64,000 nucleotides of DNA from an uncultured Planctomycetota bacterium (GTDB lineage: Bacteria > Planctomycetota > Brocadiia > CAIUPP01). The translations under genes were made by a program, and so were the position numbers. Numbering within the stretch: the first letter of the stretch is position 1; the number at the start of each line of letters is the position of its first letter. The stretch spans positions 104,491 through 168,490 of the forward strand of contig CAIUPP010000021.1 of assembly GCA_903901045.1 (NCBI GenBank), in the 5' to 3' direction. Positions 21,131 through 31,593 of this stretch are shown here, piece after piece. A model generated the notes under the pieces. That model made no database searches and was not told where the DNA came from. It was given only the letters and a program-made list of their open reading frames with translations.

Positions 21131-21465
21131 TTTACCGACTCAGCCCTAAGCCAAGGAGGCGTGCGGTCTCCCCCTAGGAGGCCGTACGCCCTTCTGGCTC
21201 GGTTCGGCCGGAGCAAGCCGGGGGAGGCAGGCTGGCCGCAACTGGAGATTCCCAAAGCAGAGTTGAATAGAATTGTGACGATGGAGAGTTCGTGCATGTT
21301 GTTGCAGACTCGGAAGTCCCCTCCCGTGTCGCCGTGCGCTGCGACGCTCCTTTGCGGCAGGCTCCGCGGATGGGGGGGCGAACATCGGGGCGTTGGGGGT
21401 GAAAGAGAACTGAACGCCGGGGCCGGGCCGCGCGGCGGCTCGCCCTTCCTGCGCTGATTCTCTCT

Positions 21466-22293
21466 GTGGGAGAAGCTGTGAAGACTGTTCGACTGCGCGC
21501 CGGCTATTACCGGCAGTTCGACGCGGACCTGACGCGGGAAATCCCCGCCGAAGCGTTCCACGGATGGACCACGGCCGAAGTGCCGCTCGCGCTCGACCAT
21601 ACCGCGGTCGTCGTGATGCACGCCTGGGACTGCGGCACGCCCGCGCAGTATCCCGGCTGGCGGCGCGTCGGGGAGTTCATTCCGAGAACCGAGGAGATTT
21701 GCCGGAGCGTATTCCCGCGGCTGCTTTCGGCGGTTCGGGCGTCCCCCCTGCGGCTCTTCCACGTCGTCAGCGGCGGGACGTATTACCAGCGCCTGCCCGG
21801 ATACAAAAAGGCCGCGCGCCTGGCGGGGCGCTCGCCGAAGGCGCCGGAGCAGATTCAGCCGGACCCGGTCTGGGAACAGCTTCAGCGGTTCCGCGTCGAG
21901 AATACGCTCGGCAAGCACAACCTCGCCGACATCGGGCGCGGTTTCGCCAATCTGAACTTTCCCGCCGAAGCGATGCCGCAGGGGGAGGAAGGGGTGGCCG
22001 CCAATGCGCGGCAGTTGCTCGCGCTCTGCAAGGAGAGCGGTGTCAACCACCTCGTCTATGTCGGATTCGCGATCAATGAATGCCTGCATCAGGCGCCGGC
22101 GGGCATGGTGGATATGAGCCGTCATGGGTTCCTCTGCTCGACGATCCGGCAGGCGGTGACGGCCGTGGAGAGCAAGGAGACGGCGCGCGGCGAACTGGGC
22201 AAGGAGATGGCGCTCTGGCGTGTCGGCCGGCTCTACGGTTTCCTCTTTGACGTTGAAGAGTTCATCCGCGCTATTTCGGTCAAGGCTAAGTGA
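21466..22293 (+). CDS. hypothetical protein (weak isochorismatase/cysteine-hydrolase-like N-terminal pattern)
   Basis: GTG start. HTAVVVMHAWDCGT loosely resembles the isochorismatase-family beta-strand/Asp motif. No firm family assignment. Confidence 0.5.
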   Translation: MGEAVKTVRLRAGYYRQFDADLTREIPAEAFHGWTTAEVPLALDHTAVVVMHAWDCGTPAQYPGWRRVGEFIPRTEEICRSVFPRLLSAVRASPLRLFHVVSGGTYYQRLPGYKKAARLAGRSPKAPEQIQPDPVWEQLQRFRVENTLGKHNLADIGRGFANLNFPAEAMPQGEEGVAANARQLLALCKESGVNHLVYVGFAINECLHQAPAGMVDMSRHGFLCSTIRQAVTAVESKETARGELGKEMALWRVGRLYGFLFDVEEFIRAISVKAK

Positions 22294-22297
22294 CTTC

Positions 22298-25012
22298 ATG
22301 ACGAACTTCCCCAAAGGTGGTGACGGCGCGGACAGAGACGTCGTCACATCGGCTTGCAGGCGATATGGACTGCAAATGCGCAAGCACCTGGCGCAGGTGC
22401 ATTCCTGGCCGTATCGCATTGCAACGGTGACCAACCTGGACGCCGGTGACTACGAGGTTCTGCAGGACAAGGGGGAAATAGCGTTGGGCCGGCGGTTGGC
22501 TCGGCAGGGAGAATTTCTTTATCCCGCGGTGGACATTCGTCAACCGCGAGCTATCCGGCTCGACACGTCGGTGGTGCGCGGGCGGAAGGCAGAACTGGCC
22601 ATCGTCGTGCGTCCGGGCGAGACCGCGTTGTGCCGCATCGCGATGTCAGTCGCCGCGCACGTCCGCCGCGCAACAGGCGTTTCCATCGCCATCCTGTCCG
22701 ACGGGCAAACGAAACTGCTCGACCGGCAGAGCGTGAACTTGCTGATTCTGGGCGGCAGCCACCAGAACGACCTGGCCCGCCGGTTGGCCTATCGTCGTTT
22801 GTGGGGCGCGAGCGAAACCTTGCCCGGCCCCGGTGGGCTGATGGCTTACACCCTTCATGGTCTGTTCCGGAGCGATCGCAACATTCTCCTCCTGGCCGCG
22901 GACGGGACGGAGAAAGAGGCGTTGAAGCTCCTGCTCGAGAATTTTGTCCGGCTGGGGCCTGAGGAATGGGGCTTCAGGCGGCTGATGGCCGGGATACCGG
23001 GGCGCGCGCTGCGGCCGCGCTGGAGCGATCCGCGTCGGGTGTTCGCGCGTCTCGCGCGCTCCACCGTTCTGTCCACCGCCCTGTTCGATTCTCCCCGCAG
23101 CAGGGCGCAGAGCCTGGACGCTGCCGCCCGGGTGATCTGTGCCCAGTATGAGGATGGCGGACCTGAATCCAACCGGGTTAACGTCTTCCCCTTGATTACG
23201 GCGAGTCTCTGCTTTCAGGCGTATCAAGTAACCGCCGACCGGCAATATTTGTCGCTCTATAAGAGAACGCTCTGGGGGCTTCTCGAACACACCTTGCTGC
23301 GGCCGGGCGGGGCGAGTTACTTGAACGATCTTGATTTCTATCTCGGCGGCCTCATCATTTCCTGGAGCATGGCCGAGGCGGAACCGATCTTCAACGACGA
23401 TGAGCGGCTGGTCATCACCAACTTTCTTCTTGCCGCCAGCCGGCAGGTGGCGCGCTATCGCGAGGCGTTCTGGAAGACGGCGCCGGGCAAGGATCGGTGC
23501 AACCACGAGACCTTCCCCGCCCTCAGCCTGCTTGCCGCGGGCACTTACTATGGGGACTGTTACGCAATCCCCGACGCGGGGGCGTGGCGCGCGACGGCCC
23601 GACAGGTCTTCTCAGGGCCGGTGGGGAAGGTGGTCAAGCACCTCGAGAACGCCGGGCTTTACCAATGGATCGTGCCGCTGCATAAGTTCACGTACGACAC
23701 GTACACCGGCGGGATGGAAATGGTGAAGAACGGTATTCTGCACCGGACGGCGCGGAGAATCCTGCCGTGCCTGGACAATTTCGGATACCTCGCCGAGGGG
23801 GGCGACAACGTCTTGCCGTTGAACAGCGGGCATTTCATCGCGGGCACAAGCGCCCCCGCCGCCGATCTGCTCCGGGCGGGGGCAGCCCACGGGAAGGATC
23901 CGGAGTTGCTTTGGGCGTGGCGTCACCTTCAGGAAGCCGCCCCATCCGGCCCGTTTTCCGTCCTGCCGGTGTTCACGCTCGGGCAGTTGTCGGGAGAAGC
24001 GCTCCCCACCCTGCAGCGCCCGCCGCCACGCGGCGGCTGGGACCGGCTGCCCTTTGAAGAAACCATCCGCCGCCGCGCGTGCCCGAACTTCCCGAAGGAG
24101 CGCGTGGCCGATAAGATCGCGTTCCGGCAAGGCTGGCAGCCCGAAGACCAATACCTGCTGTTCTCGCCTTACTCGTGGGGCCACCATATTCACTTCGATA
24201 TGAATTCCATCCTGCGCTACAACGATAAGGGCCGGATATGGCTGGTGGACAACGGATATGGCTGGCCTGCCGGGATGAAGAACATCGCGCTCATGTTTGC
24301 GCAACGGCAGCGCGGGCCGGAGGATCACAACACGCTGATCTTCCGGGATTCTACCGGGCAGCCGACGATTCCCCCGCCCGTCTGCGCGATCACCTCCCTG
24401 GGCCGCGCCGGGGAATACTTCGCCCTGCAGAGCGCCCTGTGCAATATTGACGGCAGCGACTGGCTCCGCAGCGTGCTTGTCTGCCGGGGGGAATTCCTGC
24501 TGGTGATGGATCAGGTGCTTTGCGGCGGCCGGCAGACGTCGGTGGAATGTCAATGGAACGCGCTGGGAGCCGCGGTCCTGAAGGGAAACCGATGGGAACT
24601 TCGCCAGGGAACGGCGCGGATGTTTGCGCAGTTCGCCCACGCGGGCGAAACGACGACCGGAACGTACCTGAGCGAGCAATGGCGGCAAACATTTGAGTCC
24701 GGGGCTTACCCCTATGCCCACGCGCCGGTGCAGAAACTCAGGGAGACCGTGAAGATCCCGCGGCGCGGCGACCGATTGACCTTCGTGAATTTGTTCACCG
24801 CTACCCATGGCCGCAAGCTTGCCCACGAATTGGCGTGGGACGGGGACACGGTGCACATTATGGGGAATGTGCCGCGCGTCGCGCCTTGCTCGCTCGGAAG
24901 CATGAGCCTCGCCGCCGGTTCTTCGGAACTGGCGTGCAGGCTGTCTCCGGTCTGGAAGCTGCCCGCGGGACTTTCGCGCAAGGCCTTTAGCGGATGCAGC
25001 CCTTGTCCATAA
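22298..25012 (+). CDS. heparinase II/III-like polysaccharide lyase family protein
   Basis: ATG 4 nt after the upstream stop. The N-terminal alpha/alpha toroid region and the C-terminal GHHIHFDMNSILRYNDKGRIWLVDNGYGWP segment are typical of the Hepar_II_III family (PL12/15/17/21-like). Confidence 0.65.
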   Translation: MTNFPKGGDGADRDVVTSACRRYGLQMRKHLAQVHSWPYRIATVTNLDAGDYEVLQDKGEIALGRRLARQGEFLYPAVDIRQPRAIRLDTSVVRGRKAELAIVVRPGETALCRIAMSVAAHVRRATGVSIAILSDGQTKLLDRQSVNLLILGGSHQNDLARRLAYRRLWGASETLPGPGGLMAYTLHGLFRSDRNILLLAADGTEKEALKLLLENFVRLGPEEWGFRRLMAGIPGRALRPRWSDPRRVFARLARSTVLSTALFDSPRSRAQSLDAAARVICAQYEDGGPESNRVNVFPLITASLCFQAYQVTADRQYLSLYKRTLWGLLEHTLLRPGGASYLNDLDFYLGGLIISWSMAEAEPIFNDDERLVITNFLLAASRQVARYREAFWKTAPGKDRCNHETFPALSLLAAGTYYGDCYAIPDAGAWRATARQVFSGPVGKVVKHLENAGLYQWIVPLHKFTYDTYTGGMEMVKNGILHRTARRILPCLDNFGYLAEGGDNVLPLNSGHFIAGTSAPAADLLRAGAAHGKDPELLWAWRHLQEAAPSGPFSVLPVFTLGQLSGEALPTLQRPPPRGGWDRLPFEETIRRRACPNFPKERVADKIAFRQGWQPEDQYLLFSPYSWGHHIHFDMNSILRYNDKGRIWLVDNGYGWPAGMKNIALMFAQRQRGPEDHNTLIFRDSTGQPTIPPPVCAITSLGRAGEYFALQSALCNIDGSDWLRSVLVCRGEFLLVMDQVLCGGRQTSVECQWNALGAAVLKGNRWELRQGTARMFAQFAHAGETTTGTYLSEQWRQTFESGAYPYAHAPVQKLRETVKIPRRGDRLTFVNLFTATHGRKLAHELAWDGDTVHIMGNVPRVAPCSLGSMSLAAGSSELACRLSPVWKLPAGLSRKAFSGCSPCP

Positions 25013-25064
25013 TTCCCATTTTCCAATCTTCCCGACGACCCTCTTTCCTGAAGGAGAACGGTTC

Positions 25065-28000
25065 ATGTCGATGAAAGCAGCACGGCTGTTGTGCCTGTCG
25101 CTCTGCGTGGTGGCGTTTCTCGGCATCAGCGCCGGCTCCCTCTTTGCCGTCACCGCGCATGTGGCGAAGAACGGCAGCGACGCGAATCCCGGCACATTGG
25201 AGCAGCCGGTGGCCACCGTGGCCAAAGGGCTGAGCCTTGTGCTGGGCAAGACCGAGCCCTCCGAACTGGTCATCCATAAAGGCATCTACCCCGGCGGTGT
25301 CCAGGTGGGGCCGTACGAGGGCCGCACGGTCGGCCCGCTGCCGGAATTGGTCATCACGGCTGCAAAGAATGCGGATGGCAGTTTCGAGGAAGTGGTCTTC
25401 GACGAAGCGCGGAAGATCACCCAGTCCGAGCCCGTGGCCGGAAAGACGGCGGTCTTCAAGATCCCCGGAGCATACGACCTCCTGTTGTCGCGCCCGCAGA
25501 TATGGGAGACGGACGCGCGCATGCGCTACGAGGCGGTGGCCGACGTGGCGGCGGTCGAGCGGTTCCCGGCCAGCTTCTGGTGCAGCGGCACGGAAATCTT
25601 CATCCACACCAGCGACGGCCGCGCGCCGGAATTGCACGACATCGGCATCTCCAGCCCCCAGCGCGAGGGCATTACGGTCTGGAGGCAATACACCACGCTG
25701 CGCGGGCTGCGCTTCCGCAATTTCCAGGCCTGGTCATGGTCCAGCGGCGCGATACTGCGCGCGTCGAACACCCTGGCCGAGGACTGCTCTGCCTGGGGCT
25801 GTGTGCATGGCTTCATGGCCAATGACCTGGAAAATGCGGCCGGGAATGTGCGATTCATCCGCTGCCGGAGCGAGGACTGCCCCAACGGCGTGTATCTGAC
25901 CGGTTTTCGGCGAGAGATCGTCGAGGACTGCCGCTTCGTTCTCAAGCGGGACGGTCTCCTGATCGCGGTGGACGCGCAGGAATGCGCGGGGATCGAGTTC
26001 TACGGCGGCGGCTTCGAGGGGGAAGCGCGGCGCAACCTCTGCGCCGGTTTCAACAACGGTATCTTCGTGAAAGTGAGCGAAGGCAGCCCCTACATCATCG
26101 AGAACAACACCTGCGTGGACGGCGTGATTCACGGGGTCGGTTGCACCGGGACCACGGCGGGAAGCGTCATTCGCAACAACATCGTCGTCGGATTCGCCTC
26201 GCCGCTTGTGATGCCGGAGAACATCGTGCAGGGAGCGGTGGTGGACTACAACTGCTTCTGGCAGGGCCCGGACCGCGCGCAGGTTCAGAACTGCCTGGAC
26301 CAGGCACGCAAGAAGGGGACCGGGGAACACAACATCGTGGCGGACCCGCGCTTTGCGGGCGCGGCCTCGGGAGATTATCGGTTGCTCCCGGCCAGCCCCT
26401 GCGCGAAGATGGGGCCGAACGGCGAATTCTGCGGTGCTTTTGGCCCGGTGGGGGCCGATTTCAAGGATGTGGAACCGCCCGCGGTGACCCTCGCTCTGGG
26501 GCCCCCAGGCCAGCGCGCGGGTGGAACGGGCGAACTCTACTTTGAACGCGATCCCTGGAACGGCGGCGGCCGGAACCTCGTCCGTCAACTCGGCTCGGAC
26601 AGCCGCGTGGATGAATGGGTGAGCCCCGACGCGCAATTCGGCTTGATCATCGGGGCGGATGACGCCGTCGGCAAGCCGGCGCAGATGAAAACGCGCATCG
26701 GCAATGGCGAATGGAGCGCCCCCGAGCCTTTCGTCGCCTGGAAGGAAACCGCTCTGCCCCCCGGCGCGGCCATGGTCGGCATGAGCGTCACCGTCTCCGA
26801 TGAGGCCGGAAACTGGAGCGCGCCCAAGACGATTATGATCCGGCTGATGGACAAGGGGCCGAAGCTCAAGGGCAAGCCCGTGGTCTACGCCAACGACAAG
26901 GGGGTCGTGGTTTCCTTCGAGACCGACTCTCCCTGCATGGCGAAGATCGAGTACGGCGCGGACAAGAAGTACGGCTCCACCTTTGAGCAGCCCAAGGACG
27001 TCCAACGCTCCTGGCTTGCGAACGACGGCGGCGACTGGGTGGCGGTGCGCTCCATGCCGCGCGTGACGAACTACCTCGTGCTGCTCCCGCCCGCGGTCGT
27101 CCCGGGCAAGACCTACCACTATCGCATCCTTTTGCAGGACCAGATCGGCAACAAGACCGTGGGCGATGACGCCACCGTCACCCTGGCCGGGCAGGCCAGG
27201 TCATACTTCGTCTCCCCCCAGGGCAGTGACGTCGACGGCGGCGGTACGCGCGACAAGCCCTGGCGCACCATCCAGTTCGCCGTGGACCGCGCGCTGCCCG
27301 GCGACCGCGTCATCCTGCTGCCCGGTCTCTACACCGGCGAAGCGAAGCTCACTCACGGCGGACTCCCCGGCGCGCCGATCTCCATTGAAGCCGAGACGCC
27401 CGGCAGCGTGGTCCTCGACGGCCGCCATGAGGCCAGCGCCTGTCTGCGGCTGGAGAGGGCCTCGAACGTCGCCATCAAGGGGCTGGAAATGCGCTGGTAC
27501 GGCCATTCCGCCGTCTATGTCGCCGATTCCGACAACGTCTCCGTTTCGTATTGCCGGATTTGGAACGGACTGTGGGCGACAGCGCCGCTCGGCAATGGCA
27601 TCTTCGTGCACCGCTCCCCCGGGATGGTTGCAGACCACAATGTGATGTACATGTTCGAGCAGGGCATCCAGCTCCTGCAGAGTCCCCGGGCGCGGATCAC
27701 CTACAACACCATCAACTGCAATAACTACGCCGCGGTGCAATTCTTCCAGGGGGCTGCGGACGGCTCGGTCAGCCGGAACAACTCCTTCGCTTACAGCGGC
27801 AATGACATCTTCTCGGTGGACGGCAATACGCCGCAGCAGATGGCGACTTTCGACAGCGATTACAATAACGTGGGCGCGACCATCGCCCCGTTCTACATCA
27901 AGTACAACGCCGACAACAATATTGGGGTCGGGACAGCCGAGGAATTCGCCGTCAAAGACTCTTTCCTGAAGAACCACGGCTCCAAGTCGGTCATCTGGCT

Positions 28001-28190
28001 GGACAGCAAGCGCTACATGAGCCTGAAAGCCTGGCAGGAGAAGATCGGCAAGGACATGCACTCCATCTTCAAGGACCCCCTTTACGTCGATTCTGCGCAT
28101 GGCGACTTCCGCTTGAAGCCGGACAGCCCCAATATCGGCGCCGGGGAGGACGGGACCAACATCGGCGCGCTGGGCGTAGTCGAGAAGTGA
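25065..28190 (+). CDS. secreted protein with two right-handed parallel beta-helix domains (pectate-lyase/NosD-like fold); putative polysaccharide lyase or hydrolase
   Basis: RBS AAGGAGA. A signal peptide is followed by HVAKNGSDANPGTLEQP, the usual N-terminus of beta-helix CAZymes. A second copy of the same motif occurs mid-protein (YFVSPQGSDVDGGGTRDKPWRTIQFAV). Repeated NN(T/S)I/V turns throughout. Confidence 0.8.
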   Translation: MSMKAARLLCLSLCVVAFLGISAGSLFAVTAHVAKNGSDANPGTLEQPVATVAKGLSLVLGKTEPSELVIHKGIYPGGVQVGPYEGRTVGPLPELVITAAKNADGSFEEVVFDEARKITQSEPVAGKTAVFKIPGAYDLLLSRPQIWETDARMRYEAVADVAAVERFPASFWCSGTEIFIHTSDGRAPELHDIGISSPQREGITVWRQYTTLRGLRFRNFQAWSWSSGAILRASNTLAEDCSAWGCVHGFMANDLENAAGNVRFIRCRSEDCPNGVYLTGFRREIVEDCRFVLKRDGLLIAVDAQECAGIEFYGGGFEGEARRNLCAGFNNGIFVKVSEGSPYIIENNTCVDGVIHGVGCTGTTAGSVIRNNIVVGFASPLVMPENIVQGAVVDYNCFWQGPDRAQVQNCLDQARKKGTGEHNIVADPRFAGAASGDYRLLPASPCAKMGPNGEFCGAFGPVGADFKDVEPPAVTLALGPPGQRAGGTGELYFERDPWNGGGRNLVRQLGSDSRVDEWVSPDAQFGLIIGADDAVGKPAQMKTRIGNGEWSAPEPFVAWKETALPPGAAMVGMSVTVSDEAGNWSAPKTIMIRLMDKGPKLKGKPVVYANDKGVVVSFETDSPCMAKIEYGADKKYGSTFEQPKDVQRSWLANDGGDWVAVRSMPRVTNYLVLLPPAVVPGKTYHYRILLQDQIGNKTVGDDATVTLAGQARSYFVSPQGSDVDGGGTRDKPWRTIQFAVDRALPGDRVILLPGLYTGEAKLTHGGLPGAPISIEAETPGSVVLDGRHEASACLRLERASNVAIKGLEMRWYGHSAVYVADSDNVSVSYCRIWNGLWATAPLGNGIFVHRSPGMVADHNVMYMFEQGIQLLQSPRARITYNTINCNNYAAVQFFQGAADGSVSRNNSFAYSGNDIFSVDGNTPQQMATFDSDYNNVGATIAPFYIKYNADNNIGVGTAEEFAVKDSFLKNHGSKSVIWLDSKRYMSLKAWQEKIGKDMHSIFKDPLYVDSAHGDFRLKPDSPNIGAGEDGTNIGALGVVEK

Positions 28191-28258
28191 ACGCGGTGGT
28201 TATAATGTTCGCGTCGGCAGACCCATTTCTTTTACCCGCAATGTGGAGGAAGAACAAG

Positions 28259-29296
28259 ATGAGAGCGATTATGGCGGCGGCGCTGCTCCTGATGGGAACG
28301 ATGGCTTTCTCGGCGCCGGCAACCTGGACGAATGCGGACTGGAATTACCGCGCGCAAGTGTCGGCGCTGTCGCCGGACGAGCGGGCGAATGCCCTCGTGG
28401 AATGGGACGTGGATTTCAGCGACCTGATCGCCCGCGCCGGCGCGCAGGGAACGCTGGACCCCAATTCGCCGCGCGTGACGATGCTTCAGAACGGGCAGGA
28501 AAAGGAAATGCCCTGCCGCTTCTTCGCGGAGAAGGACAACCCCGCCAAGGGGCGGCTCTGCTGGCTGCGCGTGGGCACGATGCCCGCCGGCTCCGCCGAT
28601 TCCTGCCTGGTCTATTTCGACGTGGGCGCCTCCAAGCCGGCCAAAGTCTACCCGGAGATGGCCCGCGCCAAGCCGGTGATGGCCAAGAATCTCCTGGCCA
28701 ACGGCGACCTGGTTGCTCCCGACAAGGCCGATGCAACCCGTCCTGACGGCTGGCTGTACGGCCCGGCTTCGGACGTCGGATCCGTCGAATGGATCAAAGG
28801 GGCCGGCCGCTCCGGCAAGCCGGCGTTCAAGGTGACCGAAGCCGCCGGCGGCGAAACGGCGGTGGTGGCCAGCTGCCAGGTTGCGGTTCAACCCAACACG
28901 CGTTACTCCCTGAGCGGCTGGGCCAAGGCGGACAAGGGCTCGACGGACGGCTACGTCCTGCTTCAGGCCTGGTTCTCCACCGCGGACGGAAAAGCCGTGT
29001 CCTCGCCCGATGGCGATTACGGCAACTACAAACTGAGCGCCAGCAGCATCGTCGTCAAAGGGGAATCCCCGTGGACTTTCGTTTACGGCACGAGCATCAA
29101 CGTCTACGATCCCAAGAGCAAGTCGAATCACGCTATTGACGACCAGAAGACGCTGCCCGGCACGGGAGCGGCCAGCATTCAGGCCGGGACGTGCTATGGC
29201 AAGTGCGTCGGCCTCCTGTCCGACATGGAATTCCGCGAGTGCCCCAACGGCCTGCCGATGGGCATCTGGGTGACGGCCGTTGAGAAGAAACCGTAA
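28259..29296 (+). CDS. secreted hypothetical protein (possible carbohydrate-binding beta-sandwich)
   Basis: ATG at 28259 gives a signal peptide MRAIMAAALLLMGTMAFSAPA. No recognisable catalytic motif. Confidence 0.55.
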   Translation: MRAIMAAALLLMGTMAFSAPATWTNADWNYRAQVSALSPDERANALVEWDVDFSDLIARAGAQGTLDPNSPRVTMLQNGQEKEMPCRFFAEKDNPAKGRLCWLRVGTMPAGSADSCLVYFDVGASKPAKVYPEMARAKPVMAKNLLANGDLVAPDKADATRPDGWLYGPASDVGSVEWIKGAGRSGKPAFKVTEAAGGETAVVASCQVAVQPNTRYSLSGWAKADKGSTDGYVLLQAWFSTADGKAVSSPDGDYGNYKLSASSIVVKGESPWTFVYGTSINVYDPKSKSNHAIDDQKTLPGTGAASIQAGTCYGKCVGLLSDMEFRECPNGLPMGIWVTAVEKKP

Positions 29297-29337
29297 TTCA
29301 ACCCGAAGGCGCCATCTCTCGTGAGGAGGAAGCGACG

Positions 29338-30399
29338 ATGTCCTCGTTGAATCCGCAGGGTGCCAACCGCGCCCGGCTGGAAAGCGCTCTGGCCGGGCGG
29401 TTGGCGCCTGTTGCGGTGTATGCCGTTTATGACTGGTTTGCGCAGAACCGCCCGAAGGTGGACTGGCAACGCCTGTTCGCCCTCGGACTCGGCCAGATCA
29501 ACCATGCCACGATGGTCCGTCACACGCGTCCCCACGTCCAGGTCATCGAAACCACCGGCCTGCACGAGTCGGGTCAGATGCGGCGCGACGTGCGCTGGGT
29601 GACGGACATCGGCGAGCTTCACGAGTGGCATCTGGGGGAGTGGCAGCAGGAATACCTCATCAAGTCCCCCGAGGATTACCGGATTCTGGCGCGCGCGCTG
29701 TCGGATGTGACCGTGACCCCCACGCTGGAGGCCTTCGCCGCCTCTGAGGCGCAGATCGGCGACAACGGCGTCACGCTGGGATGCACCCTCCTGCGGCGCA
29801 CCCCCTTCCAGGCGATCCAGATCGACTTCGCGGGGCTAGAACGGTTCTCGATGGATATCGGCGAGGGGCGGCCGGAGCTTCTGTATCTGATCGAGGTGAT
29901 GAACGACCTCACCTGCCGGGAGTTCGAGGCGCTGGCGCAGACCCCGGCGCGGTTCATCAAGCTCTGGGAGAACCTGACGATCGAGACCATGGGGCCGCGC
30001 CTCTATCGCGAACGGCTCGTGCCGGTGTACGAAAAGCTGTTCGGCATTCTCCGGCGCAGCGGACAACGCCTCTGCGTGCATTACGACGGCAAGCTGCGCT
30101 CCATCGCGCAGGATATCCAGCGGCTTCCCTTCGATATGGACTCCCTGACCCCGCCGCCGGAAGGGGACTTGAGCGTCGCCGAGGCGCGGGCGCTCTGGCC
30201 GGAGAAGTTCCTTTGGCTTCATCCGCCGCTGGGCTGGCACGCCCTCCCCGACGCCCTCCTGGCCGAGCGCATCCGGCAGATGACGAAGGACGCGAGCCCA
30301 GGCGGCTTCTGTTTGATGATCAGCGAAGAGGTCCCCTCCTCGTGGGCGCGCACCGTCCCTTTGATTCTCAAGACGCTTGGTTCGATGAAAAAGGAATAG
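29338..30399 (+). CDS. URO-D/MtaA family protein (divergent)
   Basis: RBS GAGGAGGAAG. The central and C-terminal regions (PELLYLIEVMNDL…, GGFCLMISEEVPSSW) follow the URO-D family pattern, but the N-terminus is divergent. Confidence 0.55.
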   Translation: MSSLNPQGANRARLESALAGRLAPVAVYAVYDWFAQNRPKVDWQRLFALGLGQINHATMVRHTRPHVQVIETTGLHESGQMRRDVRWVTDIGELHEWHLGEWQQEYLIKSPEDYRILARALSDVTVTPTLEAFAASEAQIGDNGVTLGCTLLRRTPFQAIQIDFAGLERFSMDIGEGRPELLYLIEVMNDLTCREFEALAQTPARFIKLWENLTIETMGPRLYRERLVPVYEKLFGILRRSGQRLCVHYDGKLRSIAQDIQRLPFDMDSLTPPPEGDLSVAEARALWPEKFLWLHPPLGWHALPDALLAERIRQMTKDASPGGFCLMISEEVPSSWARTVPLILKTLGSMKKE

Positions 30400-30402
30400 C
30401 AG

Positions 30403-31590
30403 ATGGGCATCAAAGTCGGCATCTGTGGCGTTGGGGCGTTTGCGAACAACTTCATCCCGCTGTTCAAGGCGCATCCGGAGGTGGCCTCCGTCACCCTATG
30501 CGACCTGGACGCGGCCAAACTCAAGGCGAAGGCGGAGCAATTCGGGATATCCAGGACCTGCCCCTCCCTGGACGAACTGTGCCAGAGCGATGTGGACGCC
30601 ATCGCCGTCATCACGCAGAACTGGATGCACGGTCCGCAGGCGGCGCAGGCGCTCCGGGCCGGCAAGCACGTCTACTCCGCAGTTCCCTCCGCCATCACGA
30701 TGGAGGAGATTGCCGCCCTCGTGCGCGCCGTGGAGGAGACGGGGAAGGTCTACATGATCGGGGAAACCAGCTACTACTACCCCTGCGCCCTCTACTGCCG
30801 CGACCGCTTCCGCAAGGGGGATTTCGGGAGCATCGTGTATGCGGAGGGGGAATACATGCACGACTTCGACCATGGCTTGTACGACGTCTACAAGTGGCGG
30901 GGCGGAGAACGGTGGAAGGAAATTGCCGGGGCTCCCCCCATGCACTACCCCACGCACTCCGTGAGCATGATCGTCTCCGTCACCGGGGCCTACGCCACGC
31001 ACGTCTCCTGCATGGGCGTCGTCGATCACCACGCGGACGGCCTCTTCCGCAAGGGGGTCAACCTGTGGGACAACGAGTTCAGCAACGAGACGGCTCTGAT
31101 GCGCATGTCCGACGGCAGCGTGACCCGGATCAACGAATTCCGGCGCATCGGGCATCCCGGCGAAGTGCGCATGAGCCTGTACGGGACCGCCGGGAGCTAT
31201 GAGGAGCAGTATGGGAACAATATCTGGGTGACCAAGGACCGCGCCTCGTGGCAGGATATCACCGGACTGCTCGAAAGCCGGGGCGTCCCGGCCTCCGAAA
31301 GAAAAGATGCCATGAGCGAGAAAGTGGGGGGGGACGCGGTGTTCGAGGGGCTCTCCCAGGTGCATCAGATCGACCGCCTGCCGAAGGAGTACGCCGGCCT
31401 GCCGAACGGGCATCGCGGCTCGCACCAATACCTCGTGCATGATTTCGTCACGGCCTGCGTGGCGAAGCGCCAGCCGCCGAACAACGTCTGGCAGGCTGCG
31501 CGATATCTTGTGCCGGGGCTCATCGCTCACGAATCGGCCAAACGAAACGGAGAGTTGATGGTGATTCCCGACTTTGGCGGAGGGCGCTAG
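30403..31590 (+). CDS. Gfo/Idh/MocA family oxidoreductase
   Basis: Rossmann motif IKVGICGVGAFAN and EKP-type motif (HVYSAVPSAITMEE). Starts 3 nt after the preceding gene. Confidence 0.85.
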   Translation: MGIKVGICGVGAFANNFIPLFKAHPEVASVTLCDLDAAKLKAKAEQFGISRTCPSLDELCQSDVDAIAVITQNWMHGPQAAQALRAGKHVYSAVPSAITMEEIAALVRAVEETGKVYMIGETSYYYPCALYCRDRFRKGDFGSIVYAEGEYMHDFDHGLYDVYKWRGGERWKEIAGAPPMHYPTHSVSMIVSVTGAYATHVSCMGVVDHHADGLFRKGVNLWDNEFSNETALMRMSDGSVTRINEFRRIGHPGEVRMSLYGTAGSYEEQYGNNIWVTKDRASWQDITGLLESRGVPASERKDAMSEKVGGDAVFEGLSQVHQIDRLPKEYAGLPNGHRGSHQYLVHDFVTACVAKRQPPNNVWQAARYLVPGLIAHESAKRNGELMVIPDFGGGR

Positions 31591-31593
31591 GCC

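Noticed and set aside
23612-27119. Long minus-strand ORFs (23612-25285, 25734-27119) opposite the lyase-like and beta-helix genes
   Set aside because: Shadow frames with no domain features. They overlap well-supported + strand genes in a unidirectional tightly packed cluster.
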